Shown here: one piece after another, positions 21,676 to 34,400 of the stretch
Layout: the number at the start of each line of letters is the position of its first letter
Numbering within the stretch: position 1 is the first letter of the stretch
From: Tetramitus jugosus
Lineage: Eukaryota > Protista > Heterolobosea
Length of the DNA stretch: 64,000 nucleotides
Direction of reading: 5' to 3'
Assembly: GCA_937625935.1 (NCBI GenBank)
Contig: OW569358.1
Span: 186,001-250,000, forward strand
Made by a program: the position numbers and the translations under genes
Notes under the pieces: model-generated
Seen by the model: only the letters and a program-made list of their open reading frames with translations
What the model was told of the DNA's origin: nothing
Databases searched by the model: none

Positions 21676-23796
21676 ATGTCATCAACCAATTTTGATGCTC
21701 TCAACAACAATGTCCTTCTCACCTACTATCAATACTCTATTATCGTCTCCAGTGGATTCACTCTCATATCATTCACATTGGCACTCACATTGTTCTTGAG
21801 TCGATTATTGTTGCAAGCAGTGTGTGAACCTAGGCACAGTGAAATATCCAAACAGAGCACAACACTGTACGATGTGTATCAAGCGAGGAGTGACTCTCAC
21901 TTGTCAAAATTTGTCATTTCATTGATTGGAGTCGTGTATCTGGTGGAGAATGCAATGGTCATGCTGTGTGTGTTGAGTGTGATATCGTACTTGGGTGGTG
22001 CGACTGCGTTTGGACATGTCCATTGGGGCATATCGTTCACTGTCAGTGTGCTCATTACGCTGTTCATGTCAGTTCACACGTTTCGTTATCGAAATTTGCA
22101 CAAGGTGCTGCGGAGAAAGGATTTTCTGGAGGAGGAGGTGGCTCAGTTGATTGATCATCGAAGAACATCTGCAATGAACAGCAACAATGAAGGTGCTGTG
22201 GATGATCGAGCAGTGGAGATGGAGCATTTTAAGAGACCAATGTCAATTATTGAAGCGCCATCAACAATGAATTCGCCCAGTACGCCCATGTCGCCCATGG
22301 ATGTTGAATACAAGTCACAAAAGTTGAGTGCAGGTGATTATGGACGTGTCAAGTATTTTTGCTTGCAACTAGTCACCGAGTTTGACATCTATTTTCGAAG
22401 TATTGAACTAGGTATTACAAAGTATAGAGTGTTTCCGTTCATTGCATATGTGTTGTTCAATTTGTTCATGGCGACATGGGTTGTCTCATTCTTTTATGGA
22501 ACGTGTATTTGTGAGCATCCATACAAGTTGTCGACAACGTTTACGAGATTTGTAGCAAAGAAACCATGCAAAGAGCAAAATGTGTGTGCATTGACACTAA
22601 ACTTGCCTGAGAATCCATCCTCTGAAATGATTGTAAAGTTTTTTGCCGTTTCGGAGCCATCGAGTGCGCATGTGTTGTTTGGGCTGTCCGAAAGCTCAAT
22701 CGATGATAATCGAGTGAACTGTACAATTGTGGATTTGAATCAACAGATTAGAGTGGAGAAGGAGTTGAATGGAAGATATGTATTTACATGCTTGATGAAG
22801 GAGTTGGACCCTGATACGGAATATTTCTTCCAGTCAATCTACTCTACCCTTGTGGTTGCCAATGATACACAATTGGCCAATTCAACATCGGGTTATGTGC
22901 TGGAAGATGTGTACAGTGATGTAAAAAGGTTTAAAACAATGCCAGTATCGCCAACAGAGGTTGTATGGGTCTCTGCAGGAGAGGTAGGAATCAGTACGAG
23001 AGCCGAGAGTCTAATCAAGCAAGCTGCCTCCCTAGATCCACACTTTATTGCTCTTACAGGCAACATGGCGTACGATAGTGGTTTATTGGCATGTACGAAC
23101 AGATGGGTCGAGTTCCTGACACAATACACTAACAATGCCGTTACTACGTCAGGTCATATGATCCCTATTCTGACAGCAATTGGTCAATACGAAGCTAGGT
23201 ACCATCGTTATGGAGTGAGCAGAAAGGAGATTCTTCCCTATTTGCAAATGTTCCTTCACAATGTGGACGAACGAGCTGGCAAACAAAACACATACCACAG
23301 ACATCGTCTCGCAGATCATACATCATTGACTGTGTTAGACAGTGGTGTATTCACGAGTCACGAAGATCAGATCGACTTCTTAAATGAGAGTTGGACCGAC
23401 ACCGTCTACTCGTCTACCAAGAAATTTACAATGTATTTCCATCCATTGTATCCTAGTTATTCACCAAGCACTTTGGAGCAAACTGTGAATGGATTGACTC
23501 ATTGGCAACCAGTGTTCGATAATCACAATGTTGTAATGTCATTCGAGGGAAGAGATCGAACAATGAAACGTACTGTGCCCATCAGAGCCAACGAAGAAAA
23601 CAGCACAGGGACAGTGTACGTTGGAGATGGATCATTCGGTGTCATGTCAACCAATGAACCTGACACCAGTCGGTGGTACATTGATACAGCTCAGAACGTG
23701 CCTCATTTATGGCTCGTTAGGAGCTCTGCTCTCGCCACGTCAATCGTAGCCTATGATTCTTCAGGCAATGCACTCGACTTTTTGTCCCTGCCTTAA
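21676..23796 (+). CDS. Membrane-anchored purple acid phosphatase-like (FN3 + metallophosphoesterase) protein with degenerate catalytic motifs
   Basis: N-terminal TM helices; LDPDTEYFF FN3-like segment; metallophosphoesterase blocks in order but altered (AGEVG, TGNMAYD, IGQYE, FHPLYP, FEGRDR, YVGDGSFG). Confidence 0.8.
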   Translation: MSSTNFDALNNNVLLTYYQYSIIVSSGFTLISFTLALTLFLSRLLLQAVCEPRHSEISKQSTTLYDVYQARSDSHLSKFVISLIGVVYLVENAMVMLCVLSVISYLGGATAFGHVHWGISFTVSVLITLFMSVHTFRYRNLHKVLRRKDFLEEEVAQLIDHRRTSAMNSNNEGAVDDRAVEMEHFKRPMSIIEAPSTMNSPSTPMSPMDVEYKSQKLSAGDYGRVKYFCLQLVTEFDIYFRSIELGITKYRVFPFIAYVLFNLFMATWVVSFFYGTCICEHPYKLSTTFTRFVAKKPCKEQNVCALTLNLPENPSSEMIVKFFAVSEPSSAHVLFGLSESSIDDNRVNCTIVDLNQQIRVEKELNGRYVFTCLMKELDPDTEYFFQSIYSTLVVANDTQLANSTSGYVLEDVYSDVKRFKTMPVSPTEVVWVSAGEVGISTRAESLIKQAASLDPHFIALTGNMAYDSGLLACTNRWVEFLTQYTNNAVTTSGHMIPILTAIGQYEARYHRYGVSRKEILPYLQMFLHNVDERAGKQNTYHRHRLADHTSLTVLDSGVFTSHEDQIDFLNESWTDTVYSSTKKFTMYFHPLYPSYSPSTLEQTVNGLTHWQPVFDNHNVVMSFEGRDRTMKRTVPIRANEENSTGTVYVGDGSFGVMSTNEPDTSRWYIDTAQNVPHLWLVRSSALATSIVAYDSSGNALDFLSLP

Positions 23797-24239
23797 TTCC
23801 CTCCCTCGAATTGTAAACTAGAAGAGTGAAAACAAATATTTTTGGGGTAAAGTCCCTTTTCGTTTTTTTGCTTACGAACAGTTCATCGCTGCTGTTGTGT
23901 CTCTTGTCTGATATGTGAGACACCGCAGGGAAACTGCACCAACGAACAACCATTCACATGTCCGAATCATCGGGCACAATTATTTTTTTGTGTCCTCCTG
24001 TTCGGCGTGTGTATCTTTGGCCTGTCTGGTGGTGTTTGTGATGCGCCTATCGAACGACAGACCGAAAACCAACAACACCAAAAACCACAAAAAACAAGAG
24101 CATCACCACTACCATCACGACCTGAAGAGACACACAACCAACACCCAAGAAACTCCACCCCCAAAAAAAAAACAACAAGCTTCAAACAACGAAGTAACGC
24201 ACACAAAAACGCAAATATCTCGCGATACACCAAAAAAAC

Positions 24240-26213
24240 ATGACTGATTTTGTCTTTTCGCAGCTCGAAGACATTTCAAACGACACTTTTGATAATTTTT
24301 CGCCCTATTCTCCCTCGTCGTCACCATCCTCATCATCTTTCTCCTCCTATAGCTCATCGTACGACGTTTCTGACAACTCTTATCTCTTCAATGATGATCA
24401 TTACTACAGTAGTAGCAGTAGTAATCACAACAGTCCCTCACCTGTACCATCATCATCATCTTCAACATCATCATCATCATCACAGTATGACCATCCATCT
24501 TCACCCTCGCTGTACAATCAACAACAACAACAACAACAGCCATATCATCATCATCAACAGCAACAACAACAACAATACCATCATCAACAACAACAGCAAC
24601 AGCAACAACAGTGGACTCCAAATGAAATTATAGTCAGAGGAGTGGACCTACAAGATCACAATGGTCAGCAGTTGCGTCATGAACGCATTGCTGATATTAA
24701 GCTAAAGCTTTTTTCTCATTTTTTTGGATTGGAATACAATGATTCGATATCTGGAAGGGCAGTTTCACAGTTTTATCCCGGTGATATCGTTACTGTTGTG
24801 AGACAGTGTGATCGCATTGGTATCTTTATTCAATTCCGTCGATTTTTGACCAGTAGGAAATTCTCTGATGCCATCTTTCAACAAGAAGTGTATCCACAAT
24901 TGAATCATCATCATAATAACAACAATAACAACAACAACAATCAACAACAACATGTCAATAATAATAATAATAACAATGTGAACACAAGTGTCTATTTCAG
25001 AGATTCACCATTTGTTCATTGTATGAACATGATGCTTGAATTTGCAGACGAGTACCAAATTCATCAAATTTTCAATTACATGCTATTGAACGATACGATA
25101 AATTCTACTCTGAAAATGGTGTACAATCAATGGATGTTTTGTGCTGAAGTGTGCACTGCATCCGACGTTCATCTCATATCAATGACAATGAACAATCAAG
25201 GAACAAGGAACAAGCACATGCAGTATGGAACGAATGCTTGTTCAGCAGCAGTGATGGCAAGGGACGGTGATGATAACTCTGATTCATATGACAGTGCAGA
25301 AGAAGATGACAATGTGTGTGACACGAGTGACAATGAAGAGGCAGCTTCTGTGCAACAACAGGACAATGTGAATGCTGATATCAACAATTTGATTCAATCA
25401 TTCATAGATATGAAGACTAGCAGCAATGATGCTCCAAAACAGGGTACGGTGAACAACGGTAGGAAGGTTGGTCTGCCTCCCACATCTGGTAGGGGTTACA
25501 CTTGGGCTAAATCAGCAAAGGTCAATGCACACAAGCCAAAGGGTGTAGATCAACACTCATTGGTCCTGAGAAAGAAGGCACTACCCAAGCAAAACTTTGT
25601 GATTGAGACAAGCAAGATTGAGAGTGTGCTCCCACCTCATTTCGCTTCCATTTCAAGTGAAGTGCGTCAGTTTGCGATGCTGCTGTTGAAGCAGTCCAAG
25701 CTGTTACCATTTCAATTCACAGTCCAGTTTTGCAACGCGTTGGCCATTGCAGAGACTGATGCCGCAAAGCTAAGGGCCATGAGCTTGTTGAATAAGATGA
25801 GCACCTATCACACACCGGTTCAACTCAAGGACATTTCTCAAGTAGCAAGGTATTTATTAGGTAATATGAGTCCTTGTTCCGCAGTGAATCAATCGTCCCC
25901 AAGTGCCTCCGCCACTACCAACCCATCTCCATCTCCCACCAATAAGAAGATGATTAGTAGCAACATCACCAGTACCACTACTACTACAACTACGTCTGAA
26001 GTGAAAGCAGCCCAATCACCACCGCCAAGGAGTACTGCAAGGCAATCTATGCCCAATAACAATAACAACTCATCTACAGGCAAGATGACCAAGAATGAAA
26101 ATCCATCGAAACGGAGTCCATCTCTAGTATCGGAAACCACAGATTATGGAGGTGGTGAATCACCATCGCTCTCAGCTGGCCAGCAGCATTCGGACAAGTG
26201 TGCGATCATGTAA
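24240..26213 (+). CDS. Low-complexity (poly-S/Q/N) hypothetical protein, possibly regulatory
   Basis: 657-aa ORF, ATG after an A-rich leader; two ordered segments among homopolymer tracts. Confidence 0.7.
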   Translation: MTDFVFSQLEDISNDTFDNFSPYSPSSSPSSSSFSSYSSSYDVSDNSYLFNDDHYYSSSSSNHNSPSPVPSSSSSTSSSSSQYDHPSSPSLYNQQQQQQQPYHHHQQQQQQQYHHQQQQQQQQQWTPNEIIVRGVDLQDHNGQQLRHERIADIKLKLFSHFFGLEYNDSISGRAVSQFYPGDIVTVVRQCDRIGIFIQFRRFLTSRKFSDAIFQQEVYPQLNHHHNNNNNNNNNQQQHVNNNNNNNVNTSVYFRDSPFVHCMNMMLEFADEYQIHQIFNYMLLNDTINSTLKMVYNQWMFCAEVCTASDVHLISMTMNNQGTRNKHMQYGTNACSAAVMARDGDDNSDSYDSAEEDDNVCDTSDNEEAASVQQQDNVNADINNLIQSFIDMKTSSNDAPKQGTVNNGRKVGLPPTSGRGYTWAKSAKVNAHKPKGVDQHSLVLRKKALPKQNFVIETSKIESVLPPHFASISSEVRQFAMLLLKQSKLLPFQFTVQFCNALAIAETDAAKLRAMSLLNKMSTYHTPVQLKDISQVARYLLGNMSPCSAVNQSSPSASATTNPSPSPTNKKMISSNITSTTTTTTTSEVKAAQSPPPRSTARQSMPNNNNNSSTGKMTKNENPSKRSPSLVSETTDYGGGESPSLSAGQQHSDKCAIM

Positions 26214-26452
26214 CAAACTTTCTAGAGCTTACCTCAGTGAGAGTCCACAATCATGATGATGAACACTACTTGCTATTTAACTTCACACACCCTCCACATA
26301 TTTCACGTTACATCATCGTTTCTTCCAATACAAACTCCCTCTCACATTGATCAGATATACGTTTGTTTATTTGTCATCTCCTCTTCTCACTTCTGCTTTG
26401 TACAAATTGTTCCTCCTGTGTTTCATCCTCCACTCGTTTCCATGACTCATCT

Positions 26453-27295
26453 TTACTTTTGATGAATCAGGGGGAACATCCACCGCAGAAACTCTTCATG
26501 CTCATCAGGTAACATATCGACCGACACTTCTTCTTCCTCCATCTGTAGTGCCTTCATTTGATCCAACAATTGCAAAACTGTTTTGCTTTTGTCATTCTTC
26601 TTATCAGCTTCAGACAGCTGCTGTTGCTGCTTACTTTGCTTCTCGTGTCGTTTCTTCCATTCCTCATAGGACAAGGAGCTGATTTCTTCATCTTCGCTGT
26701 CATCATCCTCACTCTCCTCATCATCTTCACTCAATGTTAATTTCAATAAGCTTGAAATATTAAGCAGTTGGTTCGATCGGTTCGTTTGCTGTGCAGAGCT
26801 CTCATTTTTCATTTCATCATCATCTTCTCCTGTTGACGATTCTCGCAGTGTCGTCTTTTGCTTCTTCTCTTCTCGTCTCACGTGCTTTAAAATTTGATTT
26901 GACAAGAAGTGGTAGTCACTATTATTATCATCATTTTCTTCTTCTTCTTCTTCATGTTCATTGTCATTATCGACGCGATTCATTGCATTGTGTTGTTCGA
27001 TCGTTTGTTGTTTTCTTTGTGATTCATCTTTTCGCGATAGAGACCAAGTGGAATAGTCTGGTAAGTCTTCTTCATCATCATCGTCATTTTCGCCTTCTTC
27101 TTCATTGTTATTATTATTGTTGTTTTTGGTGGGTGATGAAGGAGGTTTCCATGTAGAGTAGTCTGGTATGATATACTCTTCTTCTTCTTCGTACACTTCT
27201 TCAATTATTATTTGTTGTTTCTGTGGCTCTTGTTGCATGATAGTAATAGTTGTTGTTTGGTTGTTGACTTTTGATCTCAGTGGAGGAGAAATCAT
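26453..27295 (-). CDS. Acidic low-complexity hypothetical protein (two PDYSTW motifs); start may instead be 27238
   Basis: Open frame, D/E-rich, repeated PDYSTW, ordered C-terminus EFLRWMFP. Confidence 0.6.
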   Translation of the reverse strand: MISPPLRSKVNNQTTTITIMQQEPQKQQIIIEEVYEEEEEYIIPDYSTWKPPSSPTKNNNNNNNEEEGENDDDDEEDLPDYSTWSLSRKDESQRKQQTIEQHNAMNRVDNDNEHEEEEEENDDNNSDYHFLSNQILKHVRREEKKQKTTLRESSTGEDDDEMKNESSAQQTNRSNQLLNISSLLKLTLSEDDEESEDDDSEDEEISSLSYEEWKKRHEKQSKQQQQLSEADKKNDKSKTVLQLLDQMKALQMEEEEVSVDMLPDEHEEFLRWMFPLIHQK

Positions 27296-27362
27296 TTCAA
27301 CCTTGCTCTCAACAAGATCTTCCTTTTCACAACAACAAACAAAAAAAAGCACAGGGAAAAAG

Positions 27363-29798
27363 ATGTTTAGGCGCGCAACTGGCCGTAGTGCCCAATTGAT
27401 CCAACGTCACAAGCAACAACGAGCATTGTTGCAACAACTCACCAGCAGCAATAGCAAAGCCATTCACATTAGTACTTCATCAAACCTTCCACCATCATCA
27501 TCTTCATCAACAACGACAACAACAACAACTACAGCAACTCAACCACAAGAAACAACAACAGCAAGAAGCAATGAAACAACGAATGCTGCTTCTGCTGCTG
27601 CAACTGTTGCTCCACCAGTGAAAAAGAGCATCTTTAGCAAGATGCATCAAGAGATTGAACATGATCGTCCCATGTCTAGCTACTCTTCAACAAGTAGTCG
27701 TAGTAGTAGCCCTGCTTCTTCTTCGTCATCTTCGTCGTCTTCATCATCAGCTACATCACTGTTTGATTCACTCGTGAATGGCAGTAGTGGTGGCTCAAGC
27801 AGTGGAGCAGAAGCATCCATTTCTCCATTCGTCAAGGGCAGAGAAGAGGAAATCATGAGACAGGAGAGAGCATTGTTGACAAAGCTATTGGAATCTTTGA
27901 ATTTGGTAGATGCTGATCCGTTGGATATTGAATTGTTGGAGAGATCATCCTCTCATTTGGATGATTTGTTCATGATGGTTGTCGTTGGTGAATTCAACAG
28001 TGGCAAGAGTAGTTTTATTAATGCATTGTTGGGTGATCGTTATTTGAAGGAGGGTATTACACCTACGACTGGAAATTTGCATTTGATTCGTTATGGTGGC
28101 AGTTTGAATGAAGATTTTGATAGAAAGACCAATGTTGTAAATTTAGAGTTGCCTTTGAAGTGGTTGCAAGGTATTTCAGTTGTTGACACTCCAGGTACCA
28201 ATGCAATTATCAAGGTATGATGTTTTATGTGTGTTGCTGTTGGTGATTGGTTGTTTGGTTGAGATTTGCATGTGGCGATTGTTTGTTTTATTACCTGTGT
28301 CTTGTGTCTATAAATTAACCAAATGTCATCTTTTATTCCTGCGCAGGAACATCAACAAATTACGGAGCACTTTGTTCCTAGGTCAGATTTGATTATTTTC
28401 TTGACAAGTGCCGAGAGACCATTCAGTGAGAGTGAACACAATTTCATGGAAAGTATTCGCAAGTGGGGAAAGAAGGTGATTGTTTGTGTGAATAAGTATG
28501 ATTTGTTGGCCACTGATGCAGACAGAAACACAATTGACAAGTTTGTGTCTGATGGTATTTCTAAATTGTTGGGATTCAATCCGATTTTGTTCGGTGTCAG
28601 TTCCAGACAAGCATTCAATTGGAAGCAGGACAAGCAAGTGAATAGCTTTATGGCTTCTTCCTTGGAGGACTCTATGAAAGAGATTGAGAATAAGCCAGCC
28701 AATCCATCTGATCCATATGACAGCATCACAGAATGGAAGAGAATGGAAGCTCACATCTTGAAGACATTGACCAGCGTAGAGCGTATTCAACTAAAGCTCT
28801 TGAATCCTCTTGGTGTAGCTGAGAACTTGACTCAAAAGTATTTGGTGGACGTAATTGAATCTCGTCTCAAGGTTCTTCGTGAAGATAGAAAGACTGTTGA
28901 TGTTATCGAGGATCAATTACAATTATTTATCAAGGAGATGAAGAAGGATTTTCAATTGCAACAACAAAGACTCGACAACATTTTGCATGAAATGACTGAG
29001 AGAGGAAACGACTTTTTTGAAGACTTCCTTCAATTGTCCAACATCACAGACTTGTTAAAGAAGGATGTTGTTACCAACAAGTTTGAGCAAGAAGTTATCC
29101 GTGATGTCATTCCTCAAATGGAGAATCATATTTCTGAAGTTATTGATTGGATCATCGATAGAAAGTACAGACAGTGGAAAGCTGTGACCGACTTTGTGTA
29201 CAAGAGAGCCAGAGTTTCCACCAATGAAGAAAACCTTGTCGGATCCCTGAAATCAGATTTCAATTTCAACAGAAAAGAACTGCTATTGAACATTGGATCT
29301 GCTGCCGAGAATGTTGTGGAAAGCTACGACAAATACTCTGACACAGTTAAATTGAACAATGAGATTATGGGCACATTAAAGTCCGTGACTGCTGTCAGCA
29401 TCGGTGCTGTAGGTGCTGGCGCTGCTGCTGTTCTATTAACACCAACCCTCTCCTCTGCTGCCTTTGGTATATTCGGTGCTGCTGCAGTATTGGCTGGTGG
29501 TCTTTATATCCTGCCTTTCAAGAGAGCCAGAATGCGTAAGGATTTTGTGAAGCAAGTCGAGCTTTTGCGTCAACAGCTGCACTCTGTCATGAATGAGAGA
29601 TTTAATCAAGAGTTGAACGACAGCGTCGACAGTATCAGAGCTGCCATCTCTCCATACTCTAGTTTTGTCGTAGTCGAATATGAAAAGTTCCTCACCCAGA
29701 AGAAGAACTTGCAAGAAATTGCCTCAGCTACTGACAGTATTAGAAAGTCAATCGAGGCATTGGCCCCAGGGAACACTTCCTCCAACAACAAGGAATAA
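27363..29798 (+). CDS. FZL/bacterial dynamin-like GTPase with mitochondrial-type presequence; intron 28215-28346
   Basis: VVVGEFNSGKSSFINALLG, EGITPTT, VDTPGTNAIIK|EHQQITEHFVPRSDL, SAERPFSESE, NKYD; C-terminal hydrophobic paddle; R-rich N-terminus MFRRATGRS. Confidence 0.9.
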
Positions 29799-29925
29799 AG
29801 AATAACATCATTCAATACAAGCGTGTTGGAGTGAAAATTACAAGCTCCAGCGGCTGGTGGAACTTTTTCACACCAAAAAGATCAAAAAATCACAAAAAAC
29901 AAATCAAAGCAACAACAACAAACTG

Positions 29926-31433
29926 ATGACAGAAGAGACAACCATTGTTGCGACCGATGCAACAACAACAACAACAACAACCAATGATCAACAACCACAA
30001 GAGACTCATTGGTTCGTGAAGCATCTCCTCTCCATCATTCCCTATTTCCTGTCGTTTGCCGAGGCTGGAGTATTCGTTTTTGAGTTCCTAATGATTAACA
30101 CAATGATTTCACTGGCACTGCAACACATGTCATTCTACAGTGAGAATGCAAAGAGACCGACCGCTGTCTACGTACGTTTTTTTTGATCTTGTTCTGTGCG
30201 CACCAATTTTTTTGCGCGCCAAATTTGATTTTCGCGCGCCAATACTTTACAGAAAAGCTAACCCTCAACCCTAACTCTGCTTGTTAATTTCAGTCGTGCA
30301 TTGAAGCCCACAAGAGCTCATCATGGATCGATATTGTCAAGTGCATATTGAGAAAGGATGCACTTGTGATACTTGCCAATGGATTCCACGTGTTCACCTG
30401 GGCCTGTCTCACCTGTACATACTTTATCTGGAGATACAAGATTGATTTCAAGAGAATGAGAAGGATTCACTTGAGTAAGACTGCTCTGTTGGTTGTGTTG
30501 ATCAGCATATGCGGTGTCATTTCACTCTATTCGATTCAACAGAGAACGGATCGATGGATCTACAGTACTTCCAATTTGGAGAAGAATGTGACGTTGGATA
30601 TGAATGGAAACGTGTATGTGGTGCCACCGTCATTGGATGATTCTGCTGTTAAGAGTCAATCATCATCCTCACTCATGAATGATGAGGAATATGTGGATGA
30701 AAAGATTGAAAAGTTGTTCAAGAGCGGAGGAGAGAGCAATGAGGAGGAGGAGACGAATATGGCTGATTTAGAAGCTTCTGTTGTTGAACCATTGAAGACA
30801 GACAAGAAGGTCAATGAGACAGAACCGTTTGTTGTGAAGCAGTTTGTTGATTATGGTCGAGTGTTTCATTTGTTGTTTGGTGCGCCATTGATTGAAGAAG
30901 TTGTATTGAGAATTGCATTGACAACTGTCATTCAGAGAAGATTGGGAACAGTCATTTCGAGTATTGTGTGGACAAATGTCATTTTCTCCTCTCTCCATAT
31001 TGTGAATGCATTGCACAATGCATCCAACTCGTACACCATGTTCCAAGTGTTTGCTGGTTTCATTCTGGGCACATTCTATTCCACTCGATTGTACATTACT
31101 GGAAATTTGTTTGAGAGTTTGGCTCTGCACATTTTGAACAATATGGCTGCCATTTGGATTCCAATTACTATTACTTGGACTGATATCTTCCCTCATTTCT
31201 CATTCCCATTGTTTGCGACACAAACCGTCTATATTTTGCTATTGATTAAGGATATTCTCTACATTCGTCAGGCTCACAAGAATTATGACAATGTCGCACC
31301 TACGGTCAGCAGCGAAGCGGTAACGGCCACTCCTTCGCCAGCAGTTACCGAGAGTCAAGCTGTCACAAGTGCTCGCATCAAGAAGAACAAGGGCAGAAAA
31401 AATGACAAGTCGGAATCAAAGAAAAATAAGTAA
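29926..31433 (+). CDS. CPBP/Abi (type II CAAX protease-like) intramembrane metalloprotease; intron 30172-30293
   Basis: APLIEEVVLR, FSSLH and LHILNN motifs in a multi-TM context; splicing joins the two ORFs in frame. Confidence 0.85.
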
Positions 31434-31449
31434 AGTGTCATTTATATTA

Positions 31450-34400
31450 CTACGACCGCTGAACTACAGCTTTGAAGTATCTCTTTGCTGTTTTATCTCG
31501 CTTATATCGACCACTCAAAATGGCCAACACGTGAGAATACTTGATCACATCGGCACGATTGTCGCTCAGTCCACTCAACTTTTCACATAACCCAATTAAT
31601 CTCTCGGTGTCCATGAAGAATAGTTGCTCTACTTGAAGGAAGAAACGTTTCTGTCTGGCAATGGTTTTATGACTCAGCCCCTCTCCATCTCCATAGAAAT
31701 ACTCCTCGACGTGCTCCACTAGGTGACGCAACACACATTCTTGTGCAACGTCAATACAATCGCACCCCTTCTTCTGAGTAGCTGAGAAGGGAATCAATAT
31801 TTGAACACATTCATCCATGATGATCTTGAAAATCTCAGCTAATATCTTAAGAAATGCTCCCTCATATATATTCTCGGAGAGAATGGCCAGGTTTGGCGTC
31901 AGAATCGATTCTAAAAACGTATCATTTAACATCTGCTTCGCCTGTTTGCCATAAATACTTCTTAACTCATCTTCAGGGAGCTTCACATGAGATTTCTTCA
32001 TATTTTCTCTCGTAATTCGCAATACCTTATTGAGGGCAGGTCTGATATAGGGCTTGAATTGGAGAGCAATGGAAGTTTGCAAGTCCCGAAGAATCCTGGA
32101 GATTTGAGAAACGATCCTCATCATATTCTTCAATGATTCATCGACCATGGATTCTGACTCTGATTCTGAGCCCGAATCATCTTCTTCGTCCATGTTTGTG
32201 TCAATGTCCCGGAAAGTACTCTTCTCATCCATCAATGCTCTCACCCAATCTTTGAGTTGAACTTTTGATGCTTCTATGTTGTTGAGTTTCACAACAAATT
32301 CAGGTGTAACATACATGATCTCTCCAATCTCTGATTCATCTTCTCGATTTGATTTCATCAAATTGGTTTTGAACCGTAACTTGAACATGTCTCGTTTTCT
32401 TCTTAGTTTTGGAACAGGACTTTGCTTGTTGATCTCGTGTTGATACGATTCATGAGACTCTGCAACGTGAAGCATATCTTGCTTACACAATTGTTCTAGA
32501 TGTTTTGAGTACTTGGTGATACACTCACCAACAACAATTGAATACTTGTCAAGCAATGACTCTGTGACAAAATCCGTACCGCTGATGTACTCGAGTGTCT
32601 GGAAGGCAGAAGTGAAAAGATCTACAACTGAATGACTGTGAAGAACATCTTCGTTGCATCGCTCCCACTTGTCCAGCGATAGGGATCTGTTCATATGAGT
32701 GTTCAAGGTAACTGCTAACTCACCAATGTACTCATCTTCGTATTTTTGACTGTTTTCTCTGACGTTAAACAGTTCAATCTTTGCTCTCTTCAACTCTTTC
32801 TTAGAGTAGTTTTCTCTGATTTCATCATTTAGCTCGTCCATCTTCTTGCAGTATGTCAGCACCCAGTATCCAGAGAGCTCCTTTCGTTCCTTTAGTGAAT
32901 CAAAATCGTTGTTCAACTCCTCCAGAAATATCTTCAATGCCCGTGCTTCCCATTTGCAGTACGCTGGAACTGCATCGGAATAGTACATAATATCGTACAT
33001 TGCTTCTTTTACAGCCTCTACAGCATTCATCAATGCTCGAGCCATGTTGTCTGTTGTGTTGCCCAGTTTTTTACTCATTGCGCTATAGTTCTTTCGCAAT
33101 GCATCTAGCATTATTGCTTTAAATTTCTTACTAAACTCTTCTTTGGTCATTGATCCGTCCTTCAGAGATATATACTCGAGAAGATCGATTGCTACTCTGA
33201 GAACTCGACTCCTTCCTGTGTCAAATTCTGAAATGAATTTGAATATTACACTCTCTAACTTTCCTGTCAGTTCATTCTTCAACGACCTTATGAGGTCCCC
33301 CTCATACTGTGTTGTCACAACAAACTTCTCTTGAATGTTAGAGTTGACAAAATCGAATGATTCCTTGAATTCTTGAATAAACATCAGCAAGAGTTCGTTG
33401 TGACTGATAATCTCACGTAACATTGATATCCGCTTATACACTTCAGAAATACCATGTTGATTACAAAACTCTTCAAGGATCCATGTTTGATAAAAGTCTA
33501 CCAATTTTCTGTCATCTCTTTCTTTTCCAATCTTATTCGCTTCTATAAACTGGTGGAGAAGAATATCAAATAACAAGTGGTAATCCAAATCTGCACATTT
33601 TGTGATCATTCTCTGACTATACTTTTCCTCTTCTAGTATTTCTGGTGAACGATGTATTTGCATATAAAATGATGCAAAGAGTCTCCCTATTCGATTCTCT
33701 GTTGGTGGTTTTCCCTTCTCATTCTGATAAATGTCATACTCGGCGCTAAATGGCTGGATAGCCCAAGAACAGTCCACTGGTACAAAATAATCGAGCAACG
33801 AGCTGACTGGAATCTTCACTTCACCAAATCTCTCGTTACCCAACACTCCACGTCGATAGATATGAATGATGATGTGTTGGTCTGCAGTCATTATGTCACA
33901 CATTGGAAGATCTGGCTCAATCGTTAAAGTGAGTTGATTGTTCTTGTTGCGTATGGCTCTACGATTCGAGGTCGTATGGAGTAGCTCCGGTTGACCACTG
34001 GCCCGAACCTTGAAAAACACTTCCTGTCGTGGAACTAGATCTTTCCTTTCAGCATCCAAGACTAGTTGTAATAAATCGATATTGACCCGGAACAAAAATC
34101 GTTGTTCTCTATTGGTCTTTGCCCTATTTCTCAAGAACGAAATAAGTTGAAGCTCCTTCTCTTTCCACTGCTCGTACTCCTTTTTCGACGAAAAGTTCTC
34201 GCGGGAAAAGTGTTTGTAACGACCTTTCTGAATCATCTTCTCCCGAACCATCAGATTCAATAATGCATGGTCAACCGGCTTTTTCGTACTCGAGGGATCA
34301 GGAAATGATCGTTTGGCACAGTTATTCCACTCTGATTCAAATTTTGAGGATGACACATTAGGGAATGCACTCCGTATTGTATTGGCCAACTTCATTCCAA

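Noticed and set aside
24380-24980. CAA/CAT/AAT triplet arrays as a CRISPR-like or satellite repeat (also near 46550-46720 and 49600-49990)
   Set aside because: They are in-frame poly-Q/N/S/H coding tracts with no repeat-spacer structure; the antisense and alternative-frame ORFs over them are by-products.
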